Shown: in pieces, positions 10,484-18,773 of the stretch
Position numbering within the stretch: position 1 is the first letter of the stretch
Layout of the letters: each line of letters begins with the position of its first letter
Sequence record: DRR378314_818
DNA length: 20,000 nt
Reading direction: 5' to 3' (one strand)
The notes under the pieces: model-generated
What the model was told of the DNA's origin: nothing
What the model saw: the letters and a program-made list of their open reading frames with translations, nothing else
Database searches by the model: none
Program-made: the position numbers and the translations under genes

Positions 10484-11350
10484 ATGGCGGGATATGATGA
10501 TCGTGACGGTGTCATCTGGATGGATGGCGAACTGGTGCCCTGGCGTGAGGCTAATGTGCACATCCTGTCCCACGCGATGCACTATGCGTCTTCGGTGTTT
10601 GAGGGTGAGCGCGCCTATAATGGCAAAATCTTCAAAAGCCGCGCGCATTCCGAGCGTCTGATCGCGTCGGCCGAGGCGTTGGATATGCCGATGCCTTACT
10701 CGGTCGACGATATCGAAGCCGCCAAGGAAGAGGCGTTGAAAGCCAGTGGTTTGCAGGATGCTTATGTCCGCGCGCTGGTCTGGCGCGGATCGGGCGAGGA
10801 TATGGGTGTAGCCTCTGCCAAGAACCCGGTTCGGATGGCCATCGCAATCTGGCCTTGGGGTGCCTATTACGGCGACGCCAAGATGCAAGGTGCTAAGCTG
10901 GACATCGCCGAGTGGAAGCGCCCCAGCCCTGAAACCATTCCGGTGCATGCCAAGGCGGCGGGTCTTTATATGATCTGCACCATCTCAAAGCATAAGGCTG
11001 AGGCAAAGGGGTGCTCGGACGCGCTGTTCATGGACTACAAGGGCAATGTGGCCGAGGCGACCGGTGCAAACGTCTTTTTCGTCAAAGATGGTGAGGTGCA
11101 TACCCCGCTGGCCGATTGCTTTCTGAACGGCATCACCCGTCAGACTGTGATCCAGATGTTGAAAGACAAGGGCGTCACCGTTCACGAACGCCGCATCAGA
11201 CCCGAAGAGATGGCCGAATTCGAACAGTGCTGGCTGACCGGAACAGCGGCCGAAGTGACACCGGTCGGGCAAATCGGCGACTACACGTTTGAGGTCGGCG
11301 AACTGACCCGCCAGATCGCTGAAGACTACGAAAAGCTGGTCCGCGCATAA
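10484..11350 (+). CDS. ilvE: Branched-chain amino acid aminotransferase (class IV PLP enzyme)
   Basis: RBS AGGAGG 10472-10477, ATG 10484 (MAGYDDRDGVIWMDG). HYASSVFEG, AKAAGLY, EATGANVF, LNGITR, LTGTAAEVTPV motifs. Confidence 0.97.
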   Translation: MAGYDDRDGVIWMDGELVPWREANVHILSHAMHYASSVFEGERAYNGKIFKSRAHSERLIASAEALDMPMPYSVDDIEAAKEEALKASGLQDAYVRALVWRGSGEDMGVASAKNPVRMAIAIWPWGAYYGDAKMQGAKLDIAEWKRPSPETIPVHAKAAGLYMICTISKHKAEAKGCSDALFMDYKGNVAEATGANVFFVKDGEVHTPLADCFLNGITRQTVIQMLKDKGVTVHERRIRPEEMAEFEQCWLTGTAAEVTPVGQIGDYTFEVGELTRQIAEDYEKLVRA

Positions 11351-11362
11351 CCCAAACCCGCT

Positions 11363-11390
11363 TCGAACCCCCGCTCTGGCAGGGGTTCGA
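11363..11390 (+). terminator. Stem-loop after ilvE, likely terminator
   Basis: TCGAACCCC (11363-11371) pairs perfectly with GGGGTTCGA (11382-11390), 12 nt after the stop codon. No clear U-tract. Confidence 0.6.
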
Positions 11391-11466
11391 GACGCAGTTC
11401 GTGCATATTTCCATGCAGATCGTCCCAGGATATGGACGTTGCTGCGCTTGGCCGTATTCTTGAACC

Positions 11467-12417
11467 ATGTTGGATCTTCTCAGCGATATTCTCACCCGCT
11501 TGTCTTTGCGCGGCACGTTTTACTTCCGCACATCCTTTACCCCACCCTTCGGGATACAGGTGCCGGGCTACGAAAACGTGGCCCGGTTTCACTTTGTCCA
11601 GCGCGGTGAGCTGAAGGTTCATCTTTCAGTGACAGGTGAGACGTTAAGGCTGCGGCAAGGGGATCTGATCCTGATCCCTCATGGTGCGCCACATGCGTTG
11701 ATGTGTAATGAGGTCAATCCGTTAGATGCACTGCCCCTGGAGCAGGTGTTGGAACAATCGGGCTACAAGGGCGATGGCGTTCTGGTCTATGGCGGCATCG
11801 AGGAAGAGCGCGATACGCAACTTATCTGCGGCCATTTCTCATTCACTGGCCCTGCCGGGCGAAACGGGGCCGGGCATATGCTAATTGACCGCCTGCCCCC
11901 CTACATTCTGATCCAGAATTACGGGGAAGAAGCAGGTTCGTGGATCGAGGCCACGTTGCGCATGATCGGATCAGAAGTATCCGGTGCCCGAATTGGCGGC
12001 GATCTGATCGCGATGAAGCTGTCCGAAGTGCTGTTTGCGCAAGCAATCAGGGCCTATCTGGAACATCAAAGCCCCGATGATGCCGCGCTGTCTGGTTTTG
12101 CTGATCCGCGCATCTCGCGGGCGCTGACGGCGTTTCACCAATCTCCGGCGCAAGAGTGGAGCGTCGCGACGCTCGCGCGAGAGGCGGCGATGTCGCGCAC
12201 CGCATTTGCGCAGCTCTTTGCCCAAAAAATGGGAACAACCCCAATGCAGTATCTGACGGATTGGCGGATGCAGATCGCCTGCCATGGGTTGACCGAAAGC
12301 CGTTGGAACGTGGCAGATGCCGCTGCCGAGGTTGGTTATGCGTCCGAGGCTGCATTTTCGCGCGTGTTCAAAAAACAAGTTGGCTTGTCGCCCGCTGCAT
12401 ATCGGGCGATGCACTAG
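11467..12417 (+). CDS. AraC-family regulator with N-terminal cupin domain (RclR-like architecture)
   Basis: MLDLLSDIL start, FHFVQRG, GDLILIPHG..H, LICGHF; C-terminal WSVATLAREAAMSRTAFAQLF and VGYASEAAFSRVFKKQVG. Confidence 0.94.
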   Translation: MLDLLSDILTRLSLRGTFYFRTSFTPPFGIQVPGYENVARFHFVQRGELKVHLSVTGETLRLRQGDLILIPHGAPHALMCNEVNPLDALPLEQVLEQSGYKGDGVLVYGGIEEERDTQLICGHFSFTGPAGRNGAGHMLIDRLPPYILIQNYGEEAGSWIEATLRMIGSEVSGARIGGDLIAMKLSEVLFAQAIRAYLEHQSPDDAALSGFADPRISRALTAFHQSPAQEWSVATLAREAAMSRTAFAQLFAQKMGTTPMQYLTDWRMQIACHGLTESRWNVADAAAEVGYASEAAFSRVFKKQVGLSPAAYRAMH

Positions 12418-12434
12418 ACGTTCAAAATATTTGG

Positions 12435-12470
12435 ACGATCTGCAATACTTAGCAAACGATCAGGGATACT
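12435..12470 (+). promoter_or_regulatory. Tandem direct repeat, putative AraC-family binding site
   Basis: ACGATC-N4-ATACT at 12435-12449 and 12456-12470, 21 bp apart, upstream of the 12529 gene. Confidence 0.65.
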
Positions 12471-12528
12471 ACGTTCGAACTACCGGCCCTATTCTTTAGC
12501 CATCATTGATTGAAGAAAGGAAGTTCAC

Positions 12529-12894
12529 ATGTCTCTGCGTTTTGTCACCCGCTCTGTCCATGCGTATCTCGACTACCCGGTTGCGGTTGCGCTGATGGTG
12601 TTGCCTTTTGTTCTGGGGCTGGGTCAGTCCAACCCGATGGCGCTCTGGTTGTCCGTTGTTACGGGTATTGCTGCTTTTGTGCTGACCGTTCTGACAGATC
12701 ACCATCTCGGCATTTGGCGCGTGTTGTCTTACAAGTTCCACCAAGCCGTTGATCTGCTGGTTGGCGTCACGTTCTTGCTGGCACCCAGCCTGTTTGGATT
12801 TTCGGGGCTTGATGCGCTGTTCTACTGGGTGAACGGTGCTGCGGTCGTTGTCGTCATTTCCCTCAGCGCACCAGAGCGGAGCGCTGTGGCCTGA
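12529..12894 (+). CDS. Small four-helix membrane protein (SPW-repeat-like, function unknown)
   Basis: 121 aa with four hydrophobic segments and a duplicated HxxxD motif (HAYLDY, HQAVDL). RBS AAAGGAAG. Confidence 0.8.
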   Translation: MSLRFVTRSVHAYLDYPVAVALMVLPFVLGLGQSNPMALWLSVVTGIAAFVLTVLTDHHLGIWRVLSYKFHQAVDLLVGVTFLLAPSLFGFSGLDALFYWVNGAAVVVVISLSAPERSAVA

Positions 12895-12920
12895 ACTAAC
12901 ATCAGCGTCGTGAAGCTTTG

Positions 12921-12951
12921 ATGGGCCATGCGGGTAACCGGGTGGCCCCAT
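12921..12951 (+). terminator. Stem-loop after the membrane protein gene
   Basis: ATGGGCCA-TG-CGG-GTAA-CCG-GG-TGGCCCCAT imperfect hairpin with a GNRA loop, 26 nt after the stop codon. Confidence 0.5.
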
Positions 12952-13159
12952 TCATATCAGGCTCTAATTAAGGGAATTTGACCAACAAGCTGGTAATCCG
13001 CAAAAATTTTCCTGCTTGAATTTTCCGATAAAAACTATCAGATATAACGCAACGCCAGATGATAACATCAAGCATTAAGTTCCGAGGCGATCTGTGGGCT
13101 CAGCTAATGCAGATGTGAAGGCCTGCCATCGCCCCGGGAACGACGGTAGGAGGCCGCGC

Positions 13160-13369
13160 ATGCGCGATCGATTTGAAGAATTGATGGACGATCCCTGCTG
13201 CGCGTCATGTGATTGTGATGCACTGACATCGGATGTTGCTGCATATCTCGACCACAAGACATGCGATGCCGAACGCTGTCGAAAGCTTGAGGAAAACTCT
13301 GACGTAAAGCCGCAGCCTGTCAGGCGCGCATCATTGCGCGCGCTGAACGAAGGAGATTCGCGAGCTTAG
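13160..13369 (+). CDS. Hypothetical Cys-rich small protein (69 aa)
   Basis: Perfect RBS AGGAGG 13148-13153 six nt before ATG 13160. MRDRFEELMDDPCCASCDCD...HKTCDAERC. Fills an otherwise empty gap; the stop overlaps the cobO stop (TTAG). Confidence 0.55.
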   Translation: MRDRFEELMDDPCCASCDCDALTSDVAAYLDHKTCDAERCRKLEENSDVKPQPVRRASLRALNEGDSRA

Positions 13370-13965
13370 AAGTCCACGCCGCGTTGGGCTTTGATACCGG
13401 CCTGAAACGGATGTTTTTCTTCGGTCATCTCAGTCACCAGATCCGCATAGTCACGCAAAGCCTGCGGGGCATCCCGGCCCGTCATGAACACACTGGTTTT
13501 GTCCGAACGGGCCTGAAGCCCTTCAATAACAGTGTCTACTGAAAGGTATTCGTAACGCAGGGCTATATTGATTTCGTCCAGAACAACCAGATCGTAGTCA
13601 CCACTTTTCATCAGATCACAGGCTTTGTTGAAGGCCGAAGTCGCCGCTGCGATGTCGCGTTCGCGGTCCTGCGTATCCCAGGTAAAGCCTTCGCCCATTG
13701 TATGCCAGGTTACCAGATCGCGTTCTTCGAAGAACCTGCGCTCTCCGGTCTTCCATTTGCCCTTGATGAACTGGACCACCGCAACCTTTTGACTCCAGCC
13801 CAACGCCCGGATCACCACGCCAAAAGCGGCCGAAGACTTGCCTTTGCCTTTGCCGGTATTGATCAGAACCAGCCCTCGGCCGGGATCAACCGCCTCGGAC
13901 ACTTTCTTGCGGTGCTTGGCCTGCACCTCTTGCATCTTGTCTTTGTGGTTCTGTGCGTCGCTCAT
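13366..13965 (-). CDS. cobO: Cob(I)yrinic acid a,c-diamide adenosyltransferase (CobO/BtuR/CobA family)
   Basis: NTGKGKGKSSAAFG P-loop, VVQFIKG, GEGFTW, VVLDEIN, TGR, KHPF..GIKAQRGVDF. Confidence 0.96.
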   Translation of the reverse strand: MSDAQNHKDKMQEVQAKHRKKVSEAVDPGRGLVLINTGKGKGKSSAAFGVVIRALGWSQKVAVVQFIKGKWKTGERRFFEERDLVTWHTMGEGFTWDTQDRERDIAAATSAFNKACDLMKSGDYDLVVLDEINIALRYEYLSVDTVIEGLQARSDKTSVFMTGRDAPQALRDYADLVTEMTEEKHPFQAGIKAQRGVDF

Positions 13966-14023
13966 TGGGAAACCTCATAGGTATATCGCGCCCCAAACTA
14001 GGGGAAGTTTGCGAAAGGTAAAG

Positions 14024-14959
14024 TCAGGCTTTGGGGTCGGTAACAGACCGCGCTTTGGTGCGGTCGAGCCCAAGTTGGTGTTCGCGAAGGATCACCACCA
14101 CGTTACCGGCAATCACCAGCGCCGCGCCGCCCAGCATCACCAGTGTCGGCAGCTCATCAAACCAGATGTATCCGATGATGATGGCAAACAGCATTGTTGT
14201 GTAGTCATAAGGCGCCAGCATCGAAGCTTGGCCAAACTTGTAGGAAGAGGTCACCAGAATCTGTGCTACTCCGCCGATCACGCCCATGGTCACCAGCAAT
14301 GCGGCTTGCTCCCAGCTTGGGATCACCCAACCCCAGAACGCCGTCAGGCTCGAAAGCAAAGTCGCAGTGAGAGAGAAGTAGAACACGATCGCAGCCGGAT
14401 GATCCACCTGCACCAGTTGGCGAATATGTATCTGCACAAACGCGCGCGCAACAGTGGCCGCTAAAACGCAGAGCGCACCAATTGTTGCCGCGGTTTCAGC
14501 AGTACCTGACCCCAGGCGGGGCCAGACCATGATCAGAACACCAAAAAGGCCAAGGGCAACCGCGCCAATGCGGATCATTCGTATCCGCTCACCCAACATG
14601 ATCGCCGCCAGGATCAGCGTAAAAATCGGGGTGGCATAGCCAATGGCCGTGACCTCGGGCAGAGGCAGCAGGCTAAGGCCGGTAAAGGTCAATCCCATGG
14701 CCGACGTGCCCAAAACACCACGCCAGAAATGGCCCATGGGCTTTTTTACGATGAAACCTTGTGCCAATTCTCCACGCCAACTTAGCCAGACAATGATGAC
14801 CGGAATGGCAAATAATGACCGGAAAAACACCATCTCACCCGGAGGAAAATCATCTGACAGCGCCTTGACCAAAGCAGACATCGACGTGAACAGCACCAGC
14901 GCACCGAGCTTTAGCGCCACGGCAAGTGCCGGACGATGCGATGTTAAGGATTCCGCCAT
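14024..14959 (-). CDS. DMT/EamA family transporter
   Basis: About 10 hydrophobic segments in two EamA repeats (FFRSLF, LGERI, LAPYDY, FDELP). Start taken as ATG 14959 to avoid overlap with the HD gene. Confidence 0.92.
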   Translation of the reverse strand: MAESLTSHRPALAVALKLGALVLFTSMSALVKALSDDFPPGEMVFFRSLFAIPVIIVWLSWRGELAQGFIVKKPMGHFWRGVLGTSAMGLTFTGLSLLPLPEVTAIGYATPIFTLILAAIMLGERIRMIRIGAVALGLFGVLIMVWPRLGSGTAETAATIGALCVLAATVARAFVQIHIRQLVQVDHPAAIVFYFSLTATLLSSLTAFWGWVIPSWEQAALLVTMGVIGGVAQILVTSSYKFGQASMLAPYDYTTMLFAIIIGYIWFDELPTLVMLGGAALVIAGNVVVILREHQLGLDRTKARSVTDPKA

Positions 14960-15012
14960 GGCGCGACCCTGCGCTTTTGCGTAAAAAAGATCAACAGGCC
15001 GAAATGCCCGCG

Positions 15013-15666
15013 TCAGAGGTTTGCCCAATCAGAGGGAAGCGGAGCGTCGATTTCATCTGACAAGTCCTTCAGAAACCGCACCATTCGCGCCGCGCGTTCT
15101 TGCGCAAGAGCCCGGCCTTTTTCGGTCAGCATTTCGTTAGGCAACCTGAGCAACTTGACTTTCCAGTGATCAATCGAGAACCGAAGATCATCCATTGGTC
15201 GGCAGGTGCCGAACGGGTCTGTCGTATCATACAATGCCCGCCCCAGCGCCCCTGAAACCGAAAAGGTGCGGGCGATGCCAATCGCCCCCAACGCGTCGAG
15301 ACGATCAGCATCCCGCAGGATTCGCGCTTCGGGCGTCTCAGGTGGGATGTTGGCGGAAAAGCTGTGTGCCGCAATAGCGTGCTGCGTTGCGTGAATTTCG
15401 GTGGTCGAAAAGCCAATATCGGCAAGAATAGGCTCTGATTCTGCCGCAGATTGTTTTGAGGCCAGATGCCGCTCGGGATCATCTTTGGGCAGGTTGATCA
15501 GATCGTGCAGATAACACGCCGCCAGCAACACGCGCTGATTGGTGTGTTCATCCGCGATGGCCTGCGCATTGACCCAAACCCGATCAAGGTGCGTCAGATC
15601 ATGCGCTGGATCCGTCTGCATACGCTGCGTGACGACTTCCCGAAGCCTGGCGCGCAGATCAGCCAA
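15013..15666 (-). CDS. HD-domain metal-dependent phosphohydrolase (YedJ-like)
   Basis: [36 protein letters not shown]. Probable TTG start at 15666 overlapping the aroC end; the ORF extends to 15696. Confidence 0.9.
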   Translation of the reverse strand: MADLRARLREVVTQRMQTDPAHDLTHLDRVWVNAQAIADEHTNQRVLLAACYLHDLINLPKDDPERHLASKQSAAESEPILADIGFSTTEIHATQHAIAAHSFSANIPPETPEARILRDADRLDALGAIGIARTFSVSGALGRALYDTTDPFGTCRPMDDLRFSIDHWKVKLLRLPNEMLTEKGRALAQERAARMVRFLKDLSDEIDAPLPSDWANL

Positions 15667-16759
15667 TCCGCCCACGGTTCTCGCCGATCTGACCACGATG
15701 CAGAAGCAGATGATCGAGGATTACACAGGCCATCATCGCCTCACCCACTGGTACGGCCCGGATGCCTACGCAAGGGTCGTGACGTCCTTTGGTGATGATC
15801 TCGGTTTCTTCACCGGATTTGGTGATGGTCTTGCGGGTGGTCAGGATGGACGAGGTCGGCTTAACCGCAAAGCGGACCACAACGTCCTGTCCGGTCGAGA
15901 TACCGCCCAGAATGCCGCCCGAGTGGTTGGAGCTGTATTGCGGGCCGTTCTGGCCCATGAATATCTCATCTGCGTTGGCTTCGCCGGTGAGTTCGGCGGC
16001 GGCCATACCTTCGCCAATCTCGACCCCTTTGACGGCGTTGATCGACATCATCGCAGCGGCCAAATCAGTGTCTAATTTGGCATAAACCGGTGCGCCCAGC
16101 CCCGCCGGGACGCCGCGCGCCACAACCTCGACAACCGCGCCCACTGAGTTCCCGGATTTGCGGAGGTCATCGAGATAAACCGCCCAGTCCTCGGCGGATT
16201 TGGCGTCAGGTGTCCAGAACGGGTTTTGTTCGATCTGTGACCAGTCAAAGTTAGAACGATCAATCTTGTGCGGGCCGATCTGGGTCATATAGCCGGTGAT
16301 CTGCACATTCGGGGCGATCTGCTTGATCGCCTCGCGCGCCAGCCCGCCAGCGGCAACGCGCGAGGCGGTTTCCCGGGCCGAGCTGCGCCCGCCACCACGA
16401 TAGTCGCGAATACCGTATTTCTGCCAATAGGTGATATCGGCGTGACCTGGACGAAACTTGTCCATGATGTCACCGTAGTCTTTCGAGCGCTGATCGGTGT
16501 TCTCGATCATCAACTGAACGGGGGTTCCGGTTGTTTGTCCCTCGAACACCCCAGACAGGATTTTCACCTGATCGGCTTCACGCCGCTGGGTGGTAAATTT
16601 GTTCTGGCCCGGTTTGCGCTTGTCCAGCCAGTGCTGGATCATCGCCTCATCGATCGCCACACCCGGAGGGCAGCCGTCGACAGTGGCCCCCAATGCGGGC
16701 CCGTGGCTTTCACCCCAGGTGGTGACGCGGAAAAGATGTCCAAAGCTGTTCATCGACAT
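15659..16759 (-). CDS. aroC: Chorismate synthase
   Basis: [49 protein letters not shown] signatures. Confidence 0.99.
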   Translation of the reverse strand: MSMNSFGHLFRVTTWGESHGPALGATVDGCPPGVAIDEAMIQHWLDKRKPGQNKFTTQRREADQVKILSGVFEGQTTGTPVQLMIENTDQRSKDYGDIMDKFRPGHADITYWQKYGIRDYRGGGRSSARETASRVAAGGLAREAIKQIAPNVQITGYMTQIGPHKIDRSNFDWSQIEQNPFWTPDAKSAEDWAVYLDDLRKSGNSVGAVVEVVARGVPAGLGAPVYAKLDTDLAAAMMSINAVKGVEIGEGMAAAELTGEANADEIFMGQNGPQYSSNHSGGILGGISTGQDVVVRFAVKPTSSILTTRKTITKSGEETEIITKGRHDPCVGIRAVPVGEAMMACVILDHLLLHRGQIGENRGRIG

Positions 16760-16872
16760 GGGGCAAGCTCCTTTGAACGATGTGATTAGCGGGGAGTGCC
16801 TTGAGCCTCAAGCGGATTTGCGTTTGCGGTCGAGTAAGCGCCGCCCAGTGGGCGACGCGATTAGACAGAAAA

Positions 16873-17313
16873 TCAAGCGGCTTGAGCCACTGAGGCGCGG
16901 GTGGCGCTGATCTTGAGCGCAGCATGCGCTGCCTCACGCCCCTTCTCGACAAAATGCGCGCGGTAGATGGCATTGTGATGTTCGGTTTCCTGATACTGAT
17001 GCGGTGTCAGCGAGACCGACAGCACAGGAACACCTGTATCAAGCCCGGCGCGCATCAACCCATCGACGACTGCTTGCGCGACAAAATCATGCCGGTAAAT
17101 GCCGCCATCCACGACAAAGGCAGCGCAGGCTACAGCGGCGTAGCGCCCAGTCTGCGCCAAATCGCGGGCGAGCAAGGGCATTTCGAACGCGCCGGGGACG
17201 TCGAACACATCGACTTGATCCGCTGGAATCAGTGCGAGAAATCCATCCAGCGCGCGATCCACGATATCGGAATGCCAGTTAGCTTTAACAAAAGCATAGC
17301 GGGTGTGTGTCAT
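16873..17313 (-). CDS. ribH2: 6,7-dimethyl-8-ribityllumazine synthase, type II (RibH2-like)
   Basis: ANWHSDIV (Trp), VPGAFEMP, VVDGGIYRHDFVA typical of type II enzymes. Stand-alone gene behind an FMN riboswitch, as for Brucella ribH2. RBS AAAGGAGA. Confidence 0.93.
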   Translation of the reverse strand: MTHTRYAFVKANWHSDIVDRALDGFLALIPADQVDVFDVPGAFEMPLLARDLAQTGRYAAVACAAFVVDGGIYRHDFVAQAVVDGLMRAGLDTGVPVLSVSLTPHQYQETEHHNAIYRAHFVEKGREAAHAALKISATRASVAQAA

Positions 17314-17352
17314 TATGATCTCCTTTCAGCTTGGTGGCCTGCTGGCGGTCGT

Positions 17353-17374
17353 GAAAACCGGTTTCCACTTTTCG
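17353..17374. repeat. Palindromic hairpin element, copy 1 (ribH2 leader)
   Basis: GAAAACCGGTTTCCACTTTTCG, closed by GCTGGC (17341-17346) / GCCAGC (17377-17382). 21 of 22 nt identical to 17531-17552. Confidence 0.85.
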
Positions 17375-17444
17375 TTGCCAGCCTGGCATGACACGTCACC
17401 CAAGGCGATCACGAGCAAACACATCGTAACACCGATGCGCTGCA

Positions 17445-17638
17445 CGTTCTCTTTCATCCGGACTGTAACCGTCGGCTCTGGCCTCTCACCAGATCTGCTT
17501 GTCACCTTTCCATGGTTCCACAACTTATCCGAAAACCGGTTCCCACTTTTCGGATTGTGGAGACGGCGAGGCCGCTCGCGGGCTTACGGGTCATGCCCGC
17601 ATACCGCCGGTGGGGAATTTCGCCCCGCCCTGAGAACG
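17445..17638 (-). ncRNA. FMN riboswitch (RFN element) with an expanded variable stem
   Basis: Minus strand reads CGTTCTCAGGGCGGGGCGAAATTCCCCACCGGCGGT...AAGCCCGCGAGCG...[long insert]...AGCAGATCTGGTGAGAGGCCAGAGCCGACGGTTACAGTCCGGATGAAAGAGAACG. P1 is CGTTCTC/GAGAACG. Lies upstream of ribH2. Confidence 0.97.
17531..17552. repeat. Palindromic hairpin element, copy 2 (inside the FMN aptamer)
   Basis: GAAAACCGGTTCCCACTTTTCG within the longer stem TCCACAA..ATCCGAAAA / TTTTCGGAT.TGTGGA (17517-17561). Confidence 0.85.
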
Positions 17639-17696
17639 AGGCAGACCTTGCCAAGGACACATCGCTTCTGCAAGAGAAATTAGTAGGAGGATCAAC

Positions 17697-18308
17697 ATGC
17701 ACCCCAACCCAGCCTTTCGCGCCGAGGATCGCGCACGTCACATCAGTTTTGCCCGAGAGCGTGCCTTTGGCGTCTTGGCAGTGTCCAGTGAGGGTGCGCC
17801 GTTGATGAGCCATGTTCCGTTTTTGTTGTCCGAAGACGGCACGGTGGCTGAACTGCATCTGGTGCGGTCGAATCCGATAGTGCAGGCGTTGCGTGCAACG
17901 CAGGCGGCCAAGATCGCGGTACAAGGGCCGGATGGCTATATCTCTCCTGACTGGTATGGGGTCGCGGATCTGGTTCCGACCTGGAACTATGTCGCGGTGC
18001 ATCTGACCGGGCGCCTGGAATTGCGCCCGCAGGACGAGCTGTTGGATCTATTGAAGCGGCAGTCGGCGTTTTACGAAGCGCGTTTGCTACCCAAGCCGCC
18101 CTGGGTGACCGACAAGATGTCGGATGCGGCTTTAGCGCGGATGATGCGGATGATCGTGCCGTGTCGGATGCAGGTGGATGACATTCAAGGCACCTGGAAG
18201 CTGGGCCAGAACAAACCCGACGCCGCGCGGGAGGCGGCGGCAGAGCATGTACTGGACGGGATCGGCAGCGAGACCGCGCAATTGGCGGATCTGATGCGAG
18301 GTGTTTAG
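17697..18308 (+). CDS. PaiB-like FMN-binding split-barrel protein (FMN-binding negative transcriptional regulator family)
   Basis: MHPNPAF, SHVPFLL, HLVRSNP, GPDGYISPDWY, VPTWNYVAVHLTG, WKLGQNK. RBS AGGAGG. Confidence 0.92.
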   Translation: MHPNPAFRAEDRARHISFARERAFGVLAVSSEGAPLMSHVPFLLSEDGTVAELHLVRSNPIVQALRATQAAKIAVQGPDGYISPDWYGVADLVPTWNYVAVHLTGRLELRPQDELLDLLKRQSAFYEARLLPKPPWVTDKMSDAALARMMRMIVPCRMQVDDIQGTWKLGQNKPDAAREAAAEHVLDGIGSETAQLADLMRGV

Positions 18309-18320
18309 GGCGCGCCGACT

Positions 18321-18773
18321 TTAAGATTCAGGGGCATTGAACGTGGCCAGATAGGCGGCAATATCCTCGGCGCCTTTGCGTAGCTTTACACTCATATTCG
18401 GGCGGGCGGTGTCGTCATCCAGGTATTCCTGGATGAAACTGATCGGGTCTTGAGAATAGGCTGCGATGTTTTCTTCGGTCCACACCAGCCCTTCTTGACC
18501 AGCGCGGATCATGTCATCGGTGAACATACCGATCGGCAGACGCTCGCTGCCGTTCAGATAGTCGTATTCGGTCCCGGCGACGCGGCCAACAACACCATAG
18601 AGATTCGGCCCGGTGATACCGCCTTTGACCAAAATCTCGCCATCTTTGATGATCGCATGGCAGGATGAGCACCGGTTATAGAGTTTCCCGCCTTTCGCCG
18701 GATCACCGGCTGCTATCGCTTGTAATGGGGACAGAAGCACCAGAAGAATCGTGGTTGCTGCAATCTTTGACAT
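18321..18773 (-). CDS. Periplasmic monoheme class I cytochrome c (c2/c550-like)
   Basis: Sec signal MSKIAATTILLVLLSPLQAIA, AGDPAKG, heme motif CSSCH, TGPNLYGVVGR, WTEENI, distal Met in PNMSVKL. Start ATG 18773 with GGAGA RBS. Confidence 0.93.
   Translation of the reverse strand: MSKIAATTILLVLLSPLQAIAAGDPAKGGKLYNRCSSCHAIIKDGEILVKGGITGPNLYGVVGRVAGTEYDYLNGSERLPIGMFTDDMIRAGQEGLVWTEENIAAYSQDPISFIQEYLDDDTARPNMSVKLRKGAEDIAAYLATFNAPES

Noticed and set aside
16760-16872. Possible TPP riboswitch upstream of aroC (GGGGAGTGCC...TGAG)
   Set aside because: It lacks the CTGAGA and ACCTGA core. Only short hairpins are present, compatible with a ribH2 terminator and the aroC promoter.
17326-17523. 65-aa minus-strand ORF in the ribH2 leader as a possible leader peptide
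   Set aside because: It starts inside the FMN aptamer without an RBS, and the sequence is explained by RNA structure and the repeat.
17353-17552. Two near-identical 22-nt repeats as a mini CRISPR array
   Set aside because: There are only two copies, the 156 nt between them is riboswitch sequence, and no cas genes are present.
18276-18308. QLAD at the C-terminus of the PaiB-like protein, recalling the QxxD motif of DUF3800 proteins linked to skipping-rope RNAs
   Set aside because: The protein carries clear PaiB-family motifs throughout and has no DUF3800-like N-terminal acidic (DES-type) motif. A four-residue match is likely chance.
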